Origin: Pirellulales bacterium
Lineage (GTDB): Bacteria > Planctomycetota > Planctomycetia > Pirellulales > PALSA-1355
Direction: 5' to 3'
Assembly: GCA_963733035.1 (NCBI GenBank)
Contig: CAVTBU010000006.1
Location: forward strand, 864,001-928,000
DNA length: 64,000 bases
The translations under genes and the position numbers were made by a program. Of the stretch, positions 39,765 through 50,357 are shown in pieces. The notes beneath the pieces were generated by a model. The model saw only the letters and a program-made list of their open reading frames with translations, did no database searches and was not told the DNA's origin. Numbering within the stretch: the first letter of the stretch is position 1; every line of letters starts with the position of its first letter.

Positions 39765-40706
39765 ATGCGCTTATCCACGGTTTGCCTCGTTGCGTTGCTG
39801 TTTGTCTTGCCTGAATCTGCCTCATTCACGTTGGCCGCCGAAACCGAAGGTAAACGTTGCGTCATTATTCATGCCGACGACGCCGGCATGTCGCACTCGG
39901 TGAACCGGGCTACCATCGCCGCGATGGAGCAGGGGATTGTCTCGTCGGCCAGCATCATGGTGCCCTGCCCGTGGTTCAAAGAGATTGCCGCGTACGCCAA
40001 GGCACATCCGGAGAAGGATTTCGGCATCCACCTGACCCTTAACAGCGAGTGGGACAACTATCGCTGGGGCCCCGTGGCCGGCAAGGACAAGGTACCTAGC
40101 CTGGTGGACGAGGAAGGCTACCTGTGGGACGGGGTGGCGCAGGTGGTGGTCAACGCCAAGGCCGCTGACGTGGAGAACGAGCTGCGCGCGCAGGTGCAGC
40201 GGGCGCTCGATTTTGGCGTGCCGGTCACGCACCTCGACACGCACATGGGCGCGGTGGTCAGCCGCCCGGACCTGATCGAGGTTTACGTCAAACTGGGAAT
40301 CGAGTTCAACGTGCCGGTATTCTTTTTACGGAACCCGCGGCGCGAAGTGGCCGATGAAAAGATTCGCGCCTGCGCGGTGCAGCTTGCGCAAACCCTGGAT
40401 GAGCACAAGCTGCCGGTGCTCGACCAGATGACGCAGCTCTACACGAACGGAAGCTTTGAGGACAAGTCGGCCCAATATCTGAAGGCGATTAACGACACCA
40501 AGCCAGGCGTCCAATACCTGATTCTGCACTGCGGCTACAATGACGACGAGCTACAGGCCATCACCACCAGCAACCAGATCCGCGACACCGACCGCCGCAT
40601 CTTCACCGACCCCGAGTTCATCGACGCGGTAAAAAAGACCGGCGTCGAGATCGTGACCTGGAAGCAGGTGCGGGAGATGAACGACCGGCCTGTGAGGGAA
40701 AAGTAA
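39765..40706 (+). CDS. YdjC/ChbG family carbohydrate deacetylase with signal peptide
   Basis: IIHADDAGM, GIHLTL, THLDTHMG, ILHCG. Confidence 0.9.
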   Translation: MRLSTVCLVALLFVLPESASFTLAAETEGKRCVIIHADDAGMSHSVNRATIAAMEQGIVSSASIMVPCPWFKEIAAYAKAHPEKDFGIHLTLNSEWDNYRWGPVAGKDKVPSLVDEEGYLWDGVAQVVVNAKAADVENELRAQVQRALDFGVPVTHLDTHMGAVVSRPDLIEVYVKLGIEFNVPVFFLRNPRREVADEKIRACAVQLAQTLDEHKLPVLDQMTQLYTNGSFEDKSAQYLKAINDTKPGVQYLILHCGYNDDELQAITTSNQIRDTDRRIFTDPEFIDAVKKTGVEIVTWKQVREMNDRPVREK

Positions 40707-40734
40707 GCGGCATTCGCTATCCGACATGCACAAT

Positions 40735-40757
40735 CCCAGGGAACGCATTCCCGGGGC
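40735..40757. repeat. REP-like palindrome, copy 1
   Basis: CCCAGGGAACGCATTCCCGGGGC; 21/23 identical to 42118-42140. Confidence 0.65.
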
Positions 40758-40786
40758 ATTTTCTTGCGACCTGATGCTCGTCGTTT

Positions 40787-41983
40787 CTACAACTTTAGAT
40801 AGATGCCGCTCTTTTCCAAGTGGCGAATGAACAGGTAGGTGATGCCGAAGTAGAGGAGGAAACCGCAGGTGACGTACCAGCCGGGGGAATCCTTGGGGAC
40901 GAAGGGACTCACGGCGCCGTCGACCATGCCGTGCAGGATGTAGCCGACCAGGGCGTTGGTGCCGAGGGTGCGGAACAGGCCGAGTTGCCAGCCCCATAAG
41001 TCGCAGACGATATAGAACACCGCGTACAGCGCAAGTGATAGCCCGCCGGCGAAGGTGTGGTACGAAAGCGTTGCCGCGCGCTGGCTCATCATCCAGTAGT
41101 TGTGTTTGCGGTGCAGCGGATCGGGCGGGGCCACGAACGGCGGCTCGGGCCAGGTGAGCCGCGCACTGTCGAGCCGCTCGCCGCTGGGCAGCACGGGGTC
41201 GGGCGCATATTTCTGTTCGGCCAGCGAAGCGACCTGGTCTTCCGGCACATCGTATAGCGTCGTCAGGCTCGACATGGCCCAACCACCGGCCATTAGTAGC
41301 ACGCCCCAGACGAGGACGGCGGCCAGTCGCGGCCGGCCTGCGCCGGTGACCGCGTCGCAGGCGAGCGTGCCGAGGATGGTGGGAATCGTCCAACCGAGAA
41401 AGCCGAGGATCCCACCGTCGACGCCCGTGATGCCGTCGCTGACGCCGTTGACCCAGTGGAAATAGAACCAATGCGAAAGCACGACCTGCAACACGGCCGA
41501 GAAGATCATGTAGGCGATGCGGACGCCGGCGCTGGCGCGAATCACCGGCGTGATCCACAGCGAGGTAACGGCGATATGCATCAGCGTCTGAAACCACGTG
41601 CCGCGGAGCGAGTGCCAAAGTGCCTGGGCCGGTCCCTTGTCCAGGAAATCCTGCCAGGTGCGGGCCACGGTCGGAGCGTTGTAGACGACCAATGCCACCA
41701 GCGCCAGGCCCAGCAAGCGGCGCACCACGTGGCCGTAGGCCCGTCCGAGCCCCTCGGTTTGCGCTCGGCGCCCGAACGTCAGCCGAAAGGCGAATCCGAC
41801 CGCGAAGAAGAACTGCGGCATGATCGTGTCGGCATAGCTGCAGAATGCGTTGGTGTGCGTCAGCACGATGGGTGTGGCCACATAACCGCCCAGGAAGTTC
41901 ACCAGAAACATGCCGGCCACGGTGTAGCCGCGAAACTGGTCGAGCGAGGCGATGCGATTGGAAGCGGGACGAACGGACGACAT
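40787..41983 (-). CDS. Heparan-alpha-glucosaminide N-acetyltransferase (NagX/DUF1624-like) membrane protein
   Basis: RIASLDQFRGYTVAGMFLVN...H...SYADTIMPQFFFAVG; many TM helices. Confidence 0.87.
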   Translation of the reverse strand: MSSVRPASNRIASLDQFRGYTVAGMFLVNFLGGYVATPIVLTHTNAFCSYADTIMPQFFFAVGFAFRLTFGRRAQTEGLGRAYGHVVRRLLGLALVALVVYNAPTVARTWQDFLDKGPAQALWHSLRGTWFQTLMHIAVTSLWITPVIRASAGVRIAYMIFSAVLQVVLSHWFYFHWVNGVSDGITGVDGGILGFLGWTIPTILGTLACDAVTGAGRPRLAAVLVWGVLLMAGGWAMSSLTTLYDVPEDQVASLAEQKYAPDPVLPSGERLDSARLTWPEPPFVAPPDPLHRKHNYWMMSQRAATLSYHTFAGGLSLALYAVFYIVCDLWGWQLGLFRTLGTNALVGYILHGMVDGAVSPFVPKDSPGWYVTCGFLLYFGITYLFIRHLEKSGIYLKL

Positions 41984-42117
41984 GCCAAATTTCGTGCGGT
42001 GGGAGAAGGAGCCGGGGGGAGAAACGTGCCAAGCCTGATCGTATCCGCCGGGACTACGTGTCCGCAAGCAGAGGACCAAACACAGGAGATTTCGTTGGCG
42101 GGGCCGCAAAAAGAAAA

Positions 42118-42140
42118 CCCAGGGAAGGCATTCCCTGGGC
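42118..42140. repeat. REP-like palindrome, copy 2
   Basis: CCCAGGGAAGGCATTCCCTGGGC. Confidence 0.65.
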
Positions 42141-42176
42141 TTTCAACGGAATGTGCCAGTGATTGAGCGGCCGCGA

Positions 42177-43053
42177 CTACTTGCCGGCCAATTGTTTGTC
42201 GAACCAGTCGGCGATGACCGCGACTTCTTCGTGGATGGTGGGCCAGGGGTGGCCGCCTCCCGGCTTGACGATCAGGTTGCAGTAGACGCCGCAGTCTTCG
42301 AGGGACTTTTTGAGCATCTCGGATTGCTCGAGCGGCACCAGCGGGTCTTTGTCGCCGTGAATGATCAGGAACGGCGGGGCCTTTTCGGTGGCCAGCAGCG
42401 CGGGGCTGATTGCCTTGAGCGCATCGATCAACTTGGCCGACTCGGATGGCGCGTTACCGTTGGGATAGACCAAGGACTTGACCAGTGCGAAACGTTCCGG
42501 CGGCGATTCTTCGTCGATTTCCATGCCGCGGTAGTTGAGGAAGTTCGTCGGCGGAAAAAACACGCCCACCGCCGCGACCTTCGACTTGTCGTCGGCCGTC
42601 ACCGCAACCAGCGAGGCCAAATGGCCGCCAGCCGACTGCGCCGGCCAGCCCGAGCTTGTTCGGATCGATCTTGTATTCGTCGGCATGGTCCTTGACCCAG
42701 GCGATGCCCTGTTTGACGTGGTCGGCCATTTCAGACAGGGAGAATTTGGTTCGGGAACCCGGGCGCACGCCGAACACCGTGTAGCCTCGGCCGCAGAAGA
42801 TGTCATACATCTGTGCCCGGCGGTGATCCTCGATCTTGCCACGGTCCGAATACCAGGCACCGCTGATGACATCCACAATTGCCAGCCCGTTGGACGGCCC
42901 GGTCGGCGTAAAGATGTCCATCACCAGGCCCACGCCGTCGGTCTCGGCGTAAACGACGTTCATGGTTTGCTTGTAGGGCCGATCGTCGGCCAGGGTCCAT
43001 TGGCTGGTGGCCACGCAGCACAACAGGGCCAGGCAGAAAGTTCGTCGAAGCAT
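42177..43053 (-). CDS. Secreted alpha/beta hydrolase (BD-FAE-like esterase); apparent frameshift near 42636
   Basis: N-half ...IDPNKLGLAGA and C-half SAGGHLA...IIHGDKDPLVP...GH are in different frames; removing one base restores GASAG. Confidence 0.88.
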
Positions 43054-43084
43054 AGCGGCAGGTTTCCTTGAGTTGGTTGGAAAG

Positions 43085-45223
43085 TTATTGGTCGTTGCGA
43101 TAGATGACGGCCTTCGATTCAGCGTGTTCGACAAGTTCCGGCTTGTTGAGGAAGTAAGTCGGTTTCATCGTCCCTTTGCTGAACAAGCGCCGAGCCTGGT
43201 CGTCGTAGTGCGTGCTGCCCGCGTGATCGCTTTCACCCAGCGGCAGCACGGTCCACGATTGCGGCGGGTTGGTGAGCAGCACAATTTGCGTTGACGTTTG
43301 TCCGCCGCGGCCGAGGAACTGCTTCGTACCCTCGATCGGGTCGAAGCTGATAGCCCGCGGCGTGGCGATGTGGTCGACCGATCCGCCGCTGACCGGCCAG
43401 GTCTTGTCGGTTCCGCGGCGTCCGGCGCGATACACCTCACCGTAGGCGACGTCGAAGCGGCCGAAGTCTTCCTGCAACTTTTTGGCTGCCTCGCGAAGTT
43501 TTTCGATCACGATTTCATCGGTGATCGTGGCCGGCGGGGCCATTCCGAGGCGATCGGCCAGACGGATTTCGCTGCCGAAGGCCTGCTTCCAGTATTTGTA
43601 GGCGATGGCGCCGGTGTTTTCGGCCTCGCAGCGGCGGCTCCAGTTGACGATTAGCTCGTACAGTTTGGTGAGCTGCGCGTCTTGTTTCACGTCGGCGCTG
43701 GCGGTCGACCAGGCGCTGCGTAGCCGAACTTGCCACGAATCGGCGCCGAACACCGAAGGGCTGAAAGCAATGTCGATCGCTTCGTCGATCGTCATGTCCT
43801 TTTCGCCATGCAACAGGTCGACGCACATCGCGGCTCGCTGGTGCAAGGGATTGTCATACGCTTGCTCGAGGCTCGTAAACCCGTTGAACAGGTACGGCGC
43901 CTCGGGCGACGGTCTCAGCGGCGACTCCTTCATCAGAAACTGCGGGCTGACGTTGCAGTTTTGCATGTAGCCTTGCGGCGGATTGGTGATCTGCACCAGA
44001 TCTTCAAACGGATGGATCCCCTGCCATTCGGCTTTCGACGTGTTGCCGGGCATGGCCCGTTTGTAGTCGAAGCCCTCGGGGCGAACGGGCACACGGCCGA
44101 CGCGGACGTAGTAGATGTCTCCGTCGACGGTGCCGACCATCACGTTTTGCATCATCAGCTGCTGCATGGCCAGCGCCTGCTTCATTTCGTCCAGGTTTTT
44201 GGCGATGCACATCTTGTAGGTCTGATCCATCAGTCCCACCTGGTCGGCGTAGGGAATTCGAAACACGTAGGCCTTGCCGTCCTTATGCGCGACGACCGGT
44301 CCGTGCTGCGTGCGCTCGATCTCGACTTTCTTTTCCTCGAAGCCATCGGCGGTTTTGACGCGAATCACTTCGGTGTCGATGTCCATGTCGAGCCACTTGT
44401 CGTCATAGCGATATTGATGCGGATTCTCGGGGTTCAATTCTTCTTCGTAGACGTCGGACGTATCCGGCCCGCCGGTGGTCATGGCGATCGAGCAATAGCG
44501 GCTATGACCGAGCGCCGGCAGCGGCTGCCCCAGAATGCACATGCCCGAGAAGGCGATTTCTCCACCGTACAGGCGGACTTCGTAAAACCGAAACGCGCCG
44601 TACCAACTCAAGTGTGGGTCGATGAGCGCGATGGGAGCGTTGTAAGCGGTTCGCTTGGGAGCTACGAGCCATTCGTTCGAACCGTGATAGTCGACCGGAT
44701 CTGGCTTGATGCCGATCCGCTGGAGGTCGTCGGCCGCCTCGCCCTCGGGCCAACCCCAGATGATGTAGCGACCCAGGGCCACGCACATCCAAGGTTCGAG
44801 TTCCGGAGCCCAATCGGGCACTTCGGAGGGATGTTCTTGCATGTAGAGTTTGACGCCGTTCTGGTAGGCCTCGATGAGCGAACGGCTCTTGGGATCGATC
44901 GAGTTGTACTTTTCCTTTGCGATCTTGGCGTGTTGCCAGAGACGCTGCCGGTAGTCATCGTGCACGAAGTCGGGACCAAAGGCTTCGCTCATGCGGCCGG
45001 TGCAACGCAGGTACTGCTTGAGCAGTTCTTCGAGCCGGTCGGCGGCTTGGGCATAGCCGTTGCCGAAGCAGGCCCCTTCGGCGGTGGTGGCAAAGACGTG
45101 CGGTGTGCCGAAGTCATCGCGGTAAATCGTGACTTCCTCGCGCGCTGCGGCGACCGTTGCAAAAACTGTAAGTAGGCAAACGACCGCCAAGAGCGGACGA
45201 CAAACACTCGATCGATGGAGCAT
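43085..45223 (-). CDS. Penicillin acylase family (Ntn-hydrolase) protein
   Basis: IYRDDFGTPHVFA, G|SNEW nucleophile site, DPHLSW, TQHGPV, QNCN, HYDDQ. Confidence 0.93.
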   Translation of the reverse strand: MLHRSSVCRPLLAVVCLLTVFATVAAAREEVTIYRDDFGTPHVFATTAEGACFGNGYAQAADRLEELLKQYLRCTGRMSEAFGPDFVHDDYRQRLWQHAKIAKEKYNSIDPKSRSLIEAYQNGVKLYMQEHPSEVPDWAPELEPWMCVALGRYIIWGWPEGEAADDLQRIGIKPDPVDYHGSNEWLVAPKRTAYNAPIALIDPHLSWYGAFRFYEVRLYGGEIAFSGMCILGQPLPALGHSRYCSIAMTTGGPDTSDVYEEELNPENPHQYRYDDKWLDMDIDTEVIRVKTADGFEEKKVEIERTQHGPVVAHKDGKAYVFRIPYADQVGLMDQTYKMCIAKNLDEMKQALAMQQLMMQNVMVGTVDGDIYYVRVGRVPVRPEGFDYKRAMPGNTSKAEWQGIHPFEDLVQITNPPQGYMQNCNVSPQFLMKESPLRPSPEAPYLFNGFTSLEQAYDNPLHQRAAMCVDLLHGEKDMTIDEAIDIAFSPSVFGADSWQVRLRSAWSTASADVKQDAQLTKLYELIVNWSRRCEAENTGAIAYKYWKQAFGSEIRLADRLGMAPPATITDEIVIEKLREAAKKLQEDFGRFDVAYGEVYRAGRRGTDKTWPVSGGSVDHIATPRAISFDPIEGTKQFLGRGGQTSTQIVLLTNPPQSWTVLPLGESDHAGSTHYDDQARRLFSKGTMKPTYFLNKPELVEHAESKAVIYRNDQ

Positions 45224-45452
45224 GACGACGACTCCCCCTGGAAAAATAGAAAGCAAGCGCCCCCGCGTGCCGCCAGCGGCACAACGTCCCCGCAGAAAGC
45301 AAAGCATGGCAGGTTAGGGGACTTGAGCGATTGTAATCGCGCGCCGCGAGGATGTAAAAGCAGCGCAGCCGCGGCCAGAAGATGAGGCCCCATGGACAAC
45401 ACGGGGCGAGAAGTTAGCCGCAAAACCGAAGGGAGCGACCCGGCAAGGGCCC

Positions 45453-45560
45453 TTATTCCTTCAGATTGGCCGGAGGAGCGGGAGCCGGCTTGGGGGCCGT
45501 CCACAGGTCGAGGGCCAACAGGAGACCGGAAAACACAAAAACGCCCAGCAGGAGGTCCAT
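45453..45560 (-). CDS. Putative small membrane peptide (35 aa, not in ORF track)
   Basis: MDLLLGVFVFSGLLLALDLWTAPKPAPAPPANLKE; single TM helix, GC-rich third positions; no clear RBS. Confidence 0.45.
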   Translation of the reverse strand: MDLLLGVFVFSGLLLALDLWTAPKPAPAPPANLKE

Positions 45561-45884
45561 GATCGTCAAGGCAACTATTAGGGTTCTGTTCCGAATGCGG
45601 CTTTAACATACCGTTCGGCGGAATTCTCGCAAGGTTAGTTGCCGGGGCAAGGTAGGCGGGTCACAAGGTTTCGACGTGAATTATGCTGGCAGACCTTCGG
45701 ATTCGGGCACAGACGGTGAGTTTTGCCCCGTTCTGGCAGCCAAATGATGGTGGATTCCGGGCCAACGGCTGCGATATAACTTTTTAGTGGGCCTTTCCGC
45801 GTATCCGCGGGAACATCCCGCGCGGAGCGAACGTCGCGCGCGGGCCACTGCCACGTCGCCAATAGCAAAACAGGTGACGATTCG

Positions 45885-47309
45885 ATGCTGTCAATCTTCG
45901 CCAGTGAAGCCGAATCTCGACCGCAGCGCTGCTCGCGGCGAGAGCTACTACGAGCCGGGGGCTTGAGCCTGCTTGGGCTTTCGAGCCTCGACCTGGCGGC
46001 GCTCCGTGCCGCGGCTTCGAGTGGCGACCCTGGGCGACGGGCTAATTCCTGCATTTTCATCTTTCTGTTTGGCGGGCCCAGCCATATCGACTTGTGGGAC
46101 ATGAAGCCCGACGCTCCGGCCGAAATTCGGGGCGAATTCCGGCCGATCGAAACCAAGGTGCCGGGCATTCGGATCTGCGAGCACTTGCCGCTGTTGGCCG
46201 GTCAAATGGACAAGTTGTGCCTGCTGCGTTCAATGGAACATCGGATGCCCGTGCACGGCCCGGCGTGTAGCGAGATGTTCTCGGGCCGGCCGTATTTTGG
46301 TCCGCCGGTAACGGATCAAGCGCGGTCGGAGGACTGGCCGTCGCTGTCGTCGCTTGCGATGCGATTTGTCGAGCAGCAGGCCGGACTGCCGCCGGCCGTA
46401 GTGTTGCCATGGTATCTGCAGTTTGCCGGACAGGATAAACGTATTGCCGGACAAACGGGCGGGCGAATGGGCGACCGGCACAACCCGTTCCTGGTGCAGG
46501 GCGACCCCAGCGCTAAGAACTTCGAGGTGCAAGGAATTCAACTGGCGGACGACGTACCTGCCGATCGCATCGCCGCCCGCCGGGATTTGTTGCTCCAATT
46601 GGGAAGGTCGATGTCGCCGGGGTGGGTTGCCGAGCCGAGCGTGGAGCGTTTCAGTCAGCACGTCGACACGGCGTTTTCTCTGCTGGGCGACATGCGTGCC
46701 AGCAACGCGTTTGCAGTCGATCGGGAGCGGCCTGCCTTGCGCGAGCGATACGGCGATACCAAGTTTGGTCAAAGTTTGTTGCTGGCGCGGCGGTTGGTGG
46801 AGGCCGGAGTTTCGCTGGTGACTGTCAATTGGGACGACGAAACGCGAACCGACAAGGTTTCGCCGTTTTGGGATACCCACAATCATAACTTTGCTTCGCT
46901 CAAAGGGCGATTGGCGCCAAGTTTCGATCAAAGTTTTTCGGCCCTGCTGGCGGATCTGGCAGAGCGGGGCCTGTTGGAATCAACGCTGGTGGTTGTGACG
47001 GGGGAATTTGGCCGCACTCCCAAGATTGGTCAAATCGTGCAAAACGGCATGACCGAGAAGACGGGTCGCGATCATTGGCCCCATGCCTTTACCGTCTTGC
47101 TGGCCGGGGGCGGCGTCCGCGGCGGTGTGGCGTACGGTGCCACTAATAAAATAGGGGCATTTGTGCAGGATCGTCCCGTCTCGCCGGCCGATCTGTCGGC
47201 CACGATCCTTCATCATTTGGGGGTCGATTTTAAGGCAAATTATCACGACGAGTTCCAGCAGGTGCCGCAGCGCCTGAGTATCGGCCAGGTAATCCCCGAT
47301 CTCGGCTGA
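45885..47309 (+). CDS. DUF1501 domain-containing protein
   Basis: SRRELL, FLFGGPSHIDLWDMKP, LLARRLVEAGV, WDTH, GEFGRTP, GRDHW. Confidence 0.93.
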   Translation: MLSIFASEAESRPQRCSRRELLRAGGLSLLGLSSLDLAALRAAASSGDPGRRANSCIFIFLFGGPSHIDLWDMKPDAPAEIRGEFRPIETKVPGIRICEHLPLLAGQMDKLCLLRSMEHRMPVHGPACSEMFSGRPYFGPPVTDQARSEDWPSLSSLAMRFVEQQAGLPPAVVLPWYLQFAGQDKRIAGQTGGRMGDRHNPFLVQGDPSAKNFEVQGIQLADDVPADRIAARRDLLLQLGRSMSPGWVAEPSVERFSQHVDTAFSLLGDMRASNAFAVDRERPALRERYGDTKFGQSLLLARRLVEAGVSLVTVNWDDETRTDKVSPFWDTHNHNFASLKGRLAPSFDQSFSALLADLAERGLLESTLVVVTGEFGRTPKIGQIVQNGMTEKTGRDHWPHAFTVLLAGGGVRGGVAYGATNKIGAFVQDRPVSPADLSATILHHLGVDFKANYHDEFQQVPQRLSIGQVIPDLG

Positions 47310-47606
47310 TCCGTCTACGGGCCCACCCATCTTTCGCGGGTCAAGATTTGCCCGGCCCCGACGAAATAGATGTGCGGAACATTCGGCACGCGATGTCTCG
47401 AATACGTTGATGGCCCCCTAATCGGTGCGCAGGTGACGTGGCCGCGCGCGAGGGGGGGAATCTGGGAAGCAACGAAGAGAAGTCGATTGACACGCTCGGA
47501 TAGCAATGAGAAAGTGATCTTTAGGGGGCCGTTGGTGCCATCCTTGGTGTCGAGTAGCCCATCTTACCCCCGCCATCCGGTTAGCCGCCGCGAGAGGGCC
47601 ATTGTC

Positions 47607-49286
47607 ATGGCGACCCTCGAAGTCTGCACCGGTACCGGCGGACGCGAGTTCCATGAACTGACGTCCGACGAGATGCTGGTCGGACGCGACCAATTCTGCG
47701 ACATCGTCTTGCGCAACCACACGGTTTCGCGGCAACATGCCCGAATCGTGCGGGCGGCTGACGGTGTTTACATCGAGGACCTTTCGAGTCTCAACGGCAC
47801 CTATCTCAATGGCCGCCGGCTGGAGGGCCGCACGCAGTTGCAGGATCAGGATCGTGTTCACTTCTATGAAGTCGTTACGATCTTTCACTCGGGCGATCCT
47901 CCGCCCCGCGACGAACAAGATGAATTGAACGAGACGCTGGCCGATGTGCCATTGGCCGAGGAAGACCAGCGCACGCTGACGGCAAGCGAGCATTTGCTCG
48001 CGCCGGCCGCGGCCCAAACGGCGTCAAACGACGCCGGTGTGCAGGCGCGATTTCGTGCCGCGCTCAAGATCTCCACCGATCTGCAGGGGGAACTCGATCT
48101 CGAACGCGTGCTACCCAAGATTTTGGACAGCTTGTTCGACATCTTTCCACAGGCAGCGCGCGGGTACATCTTGCTGGAGGAAGGGACTGACGGACACCTG
48201 GTTCCGCGCACGATCAAGCATCGCAAGAGCGAAAGCGGCCACAGCATGACCTTCGGTCCGATTAGCCGCAAAATGGCGTTGCATGTGATGAGCACTGCGC
48301 AGCCGATCCTGATGGACGACGCCGCGGCCGATCCGGCGGAAATGAATCAGTCGGTATTCGACGTCCAAAGTTTGTCGATGATTTGTGCGCCGCTGATGGG
48401 ACCCTCGCATCGGCCGCTCGGCATTGTGTATCTCGACACGACCGATGCACGGCGCCGATTCACGCAGGCCGATCTGGACGTGCTGGGCAGCGTCGCCACG
48501 ATTGCCGCTCAAGGGGTTGAAGCCGCCGGCGCACACCAAACGGCGTTCGACACCAGCACCTATCAGCGGCAACTCGGCACCGCCAAGCAGGTCCAGTTGC
48601 AGTTTCTTCCGCAGAGCCGTCCCGAATTGCCGGGCTACCGGTTCTACGACTATTACCAGTCGGCCGACGAGGTGGGAGGCGATTACTTCGGGTACATTCC
48701 GCTGGCCGATGGTCGGTTGGCCTTGGCAATTGGCGACGTGGCCGGCAAGGGCGTTTCGGCCGCTTTGCTGATGGCCCATTTTTGCTCCGAGGTTCGTTAT
48801 TGCCTGGCCACCTGCGCGACACCGGCCGCCGCTGTCGAGCAACTCAACCAGGACCTCTCGTCCGAGATGCTCAACTACCACTTTGTCACGTTCGCGCTCT
48901 GTGTGCTCGATCCGACGGCCCACAAGCTGACGGTTGTGAACGCCGGTCACTTGCCACCGCTATTGCGCCGCAATGGTACGCTGGAAACCATTGGCGGCAC
49001 GGAAAGTGGTCTTCCGCTCGGATGCGATCCGGAGCGAACGTATGCGCAGGTTGAGATGACTCTCGACCCGGGCGATGCGATCTTGCTCTATACGGATGGG
49101 ATTCCCGACGCCATGGACTCGAGCGGCGAAGTATACGGCAGCCAACGCATGCGCCAGGCGCTGCTCGACGCCCCGGTCGACGTGGAGCAACTCGGCAACT
49201 CGCTGTTGGACGACGTGCGCCAATTCATCCGCGGTCGTTTGCAGAGCGACGACATCTGTATGGTGTGCTTCGCCCGTGAGGCCTAA
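47607..49286 (+). CDS. FHA-GAF-PP2C (SpoIIE/RsbU-like) phosphatase
   Basis: FHA motifs GR...SRQHA...SLNGTYLNG; GAF ICAPL; VGGDYF, GDVAGKG, NAGH, YTDG, DD. Confidence 0.92.
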   Translation: MATLEVCTGTGGREFHELTSDEMLVGRDQFCDIVLRNHTVSRQHARIVRAADGVYIEDLSSLNGTYLNGRRLEGRTQLQDQDRVHFYEVVTIFHSGDPPPRDEQDELNETLADVPLAEEDQRTLTASEHLLAPAAAQTASNDAGVQARFRAALKISTDLQGELDLERVLPKILDSLFDIFPQAARGYILLEEGTDGHLVPRTIKHRKSESGHSMTFGPISRKMALHVMSTAQPILMDDAAADPAEMNQSVFDVQSLSMICAPLMGPSHRPLGIVYLDTTDARRRFTQADLDVLGSVATIAAQGVEAAGAHQTAFDTSTYQRQLGTAKQVQLQFLPQSRPELPGYRFYDYYQSADEVGGDYFGYIPLADGRLALAIGDVAGKGVSAALLMAHFCSEVRYCLATCATPAAAVEQLNQDLSSEMLNYHFVTFALCVLDPTAHKLTVVNAGHLPPLLRRNGTLETIGGTESGLPLGCDPERTYAQVEMTLDPGDAILLYTDGIPDAMDSSGEVYGSQRMRQALLDAPVDVEQLGNSLLDDVRQFIRGRLQSDDICMVCFAREA

Positions 49287-49391
49287 ATTGGCCCGTCGCG
49301 TGGCTGGAGCCGGTCTTTTCGGTAGATCCGGAAATGAGGACATAAGTTATTTATTTGTAATAGCTTGCGTGTAATTTCTCGGGCCAAAAAT

Positions 49392-49421
49392 TTGACAAGG
49401 CGTGGTCCGCGAGGCTAGATT
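49392..49421 (+). promoter_or_regulatory. Sigma-70-type promoter
   Basis: TTGACA-N18-TAGATT in an AT-rich intergenic region upstream of the hemerythrin gene. Confidence 0.55.
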
Positions 49422-49637
49422 TACCCTGCAATCATTTCTGTGATGGTTTCCATTCTCAAGTTTCGCACCTTTTGATCGTTTGACAGTCTCTTGCGTGTCG
49501 GTGCTGCGCTTCGAATGAACTCAGCGCCTGACAGTTGCCGTGTGGTTGCGCATGGAGGTTGGCGCCGCGGTGAACGCGAAAGTCAGCTGATAGGTTGTTT
49601 CGGGGGCATTGGCCGCCAGTTTCCGCAGGAGGGCGAT

Positions 49638-50114
49638 ATGGCAATTGCACTACGCACGGTCTCGATCAATCCAGCGTTCCTTCGGGAAATCAAGGAAGAC
49701 CATCATGAGCTGCGGCAGTTGATGCATCACAGCTCGGCGATGCTCGACCGGTCTGGTCCAGAAGAGATCGAGTACGCGCGACTTGTTGAAATGTTCAGTA
49801 AGCTGCGCGACCAACTGGCCATGCACTTCTCGCTTGAAGAGGCCTACGGCTACTTCGAAGACGCGATTTCGGTTGCCCCTCACTTGAGCCGTCGGGCCGA
49901 CAACTTGCGCGGCCAGCATTTCGACCTGTTCGCCGATCTTTGCCGACTGGTGGAGGGAGCGGAACAGCTCTTGTATCACGAGCAGCCCAAGACGCTGCTG
50001 GCACGGCTGGCCGGAGACTATCGTCGTTTTCTGGTCCGCTTCCGCGAGCATGAGTCGCAGGAATGCGATCTGATCTTGGAAGCCTTTAACGACGACATTG
50101 GGACCGGCGACTAA
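49638..50114 (+). CDS. Hemerythrin-like (HHE) domain protein
   Basis: DH..L, HFSLEE, QH, HESQE motifs; AGGAGG RBS. Confidence 0.85.
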   Translation: MAIALRTVSINPAFLREIKEDHHELRQLMHHSSAMLDRSGPEEIEYARLVEMFSKLRDQLAMHFSLEEAYGYFEDAISVAPHLSRRADNLRGQHFDLFADLCRLVEGAEQLLYHEQPKTLLARLAGDYRRFLVRFREHESQECDLILEAFNDDIGTGD

Positions 50115-50357
50115 TCGCCTGCCAGGTCATCGTGTTCAGCGCTGCGTTTTAACGAATCGTTGTACACATTCTGACCGGCGTCGAGTTTGGCGGAGGATTC
50201 GTCGGTGGGCTCTTGTCGCGGCAAGGTGGCCCAGACCTAGGGAAAATGTTGCCCAGGATTTTGGCTCGGCGTCGCTACTGGGCGATTTGCAGTTCCTTCG
50301 TGGCGCGACTATCCTGGCGGTGCCAACCTGCCGCATTGCCCACCCGGGAACCACGCC

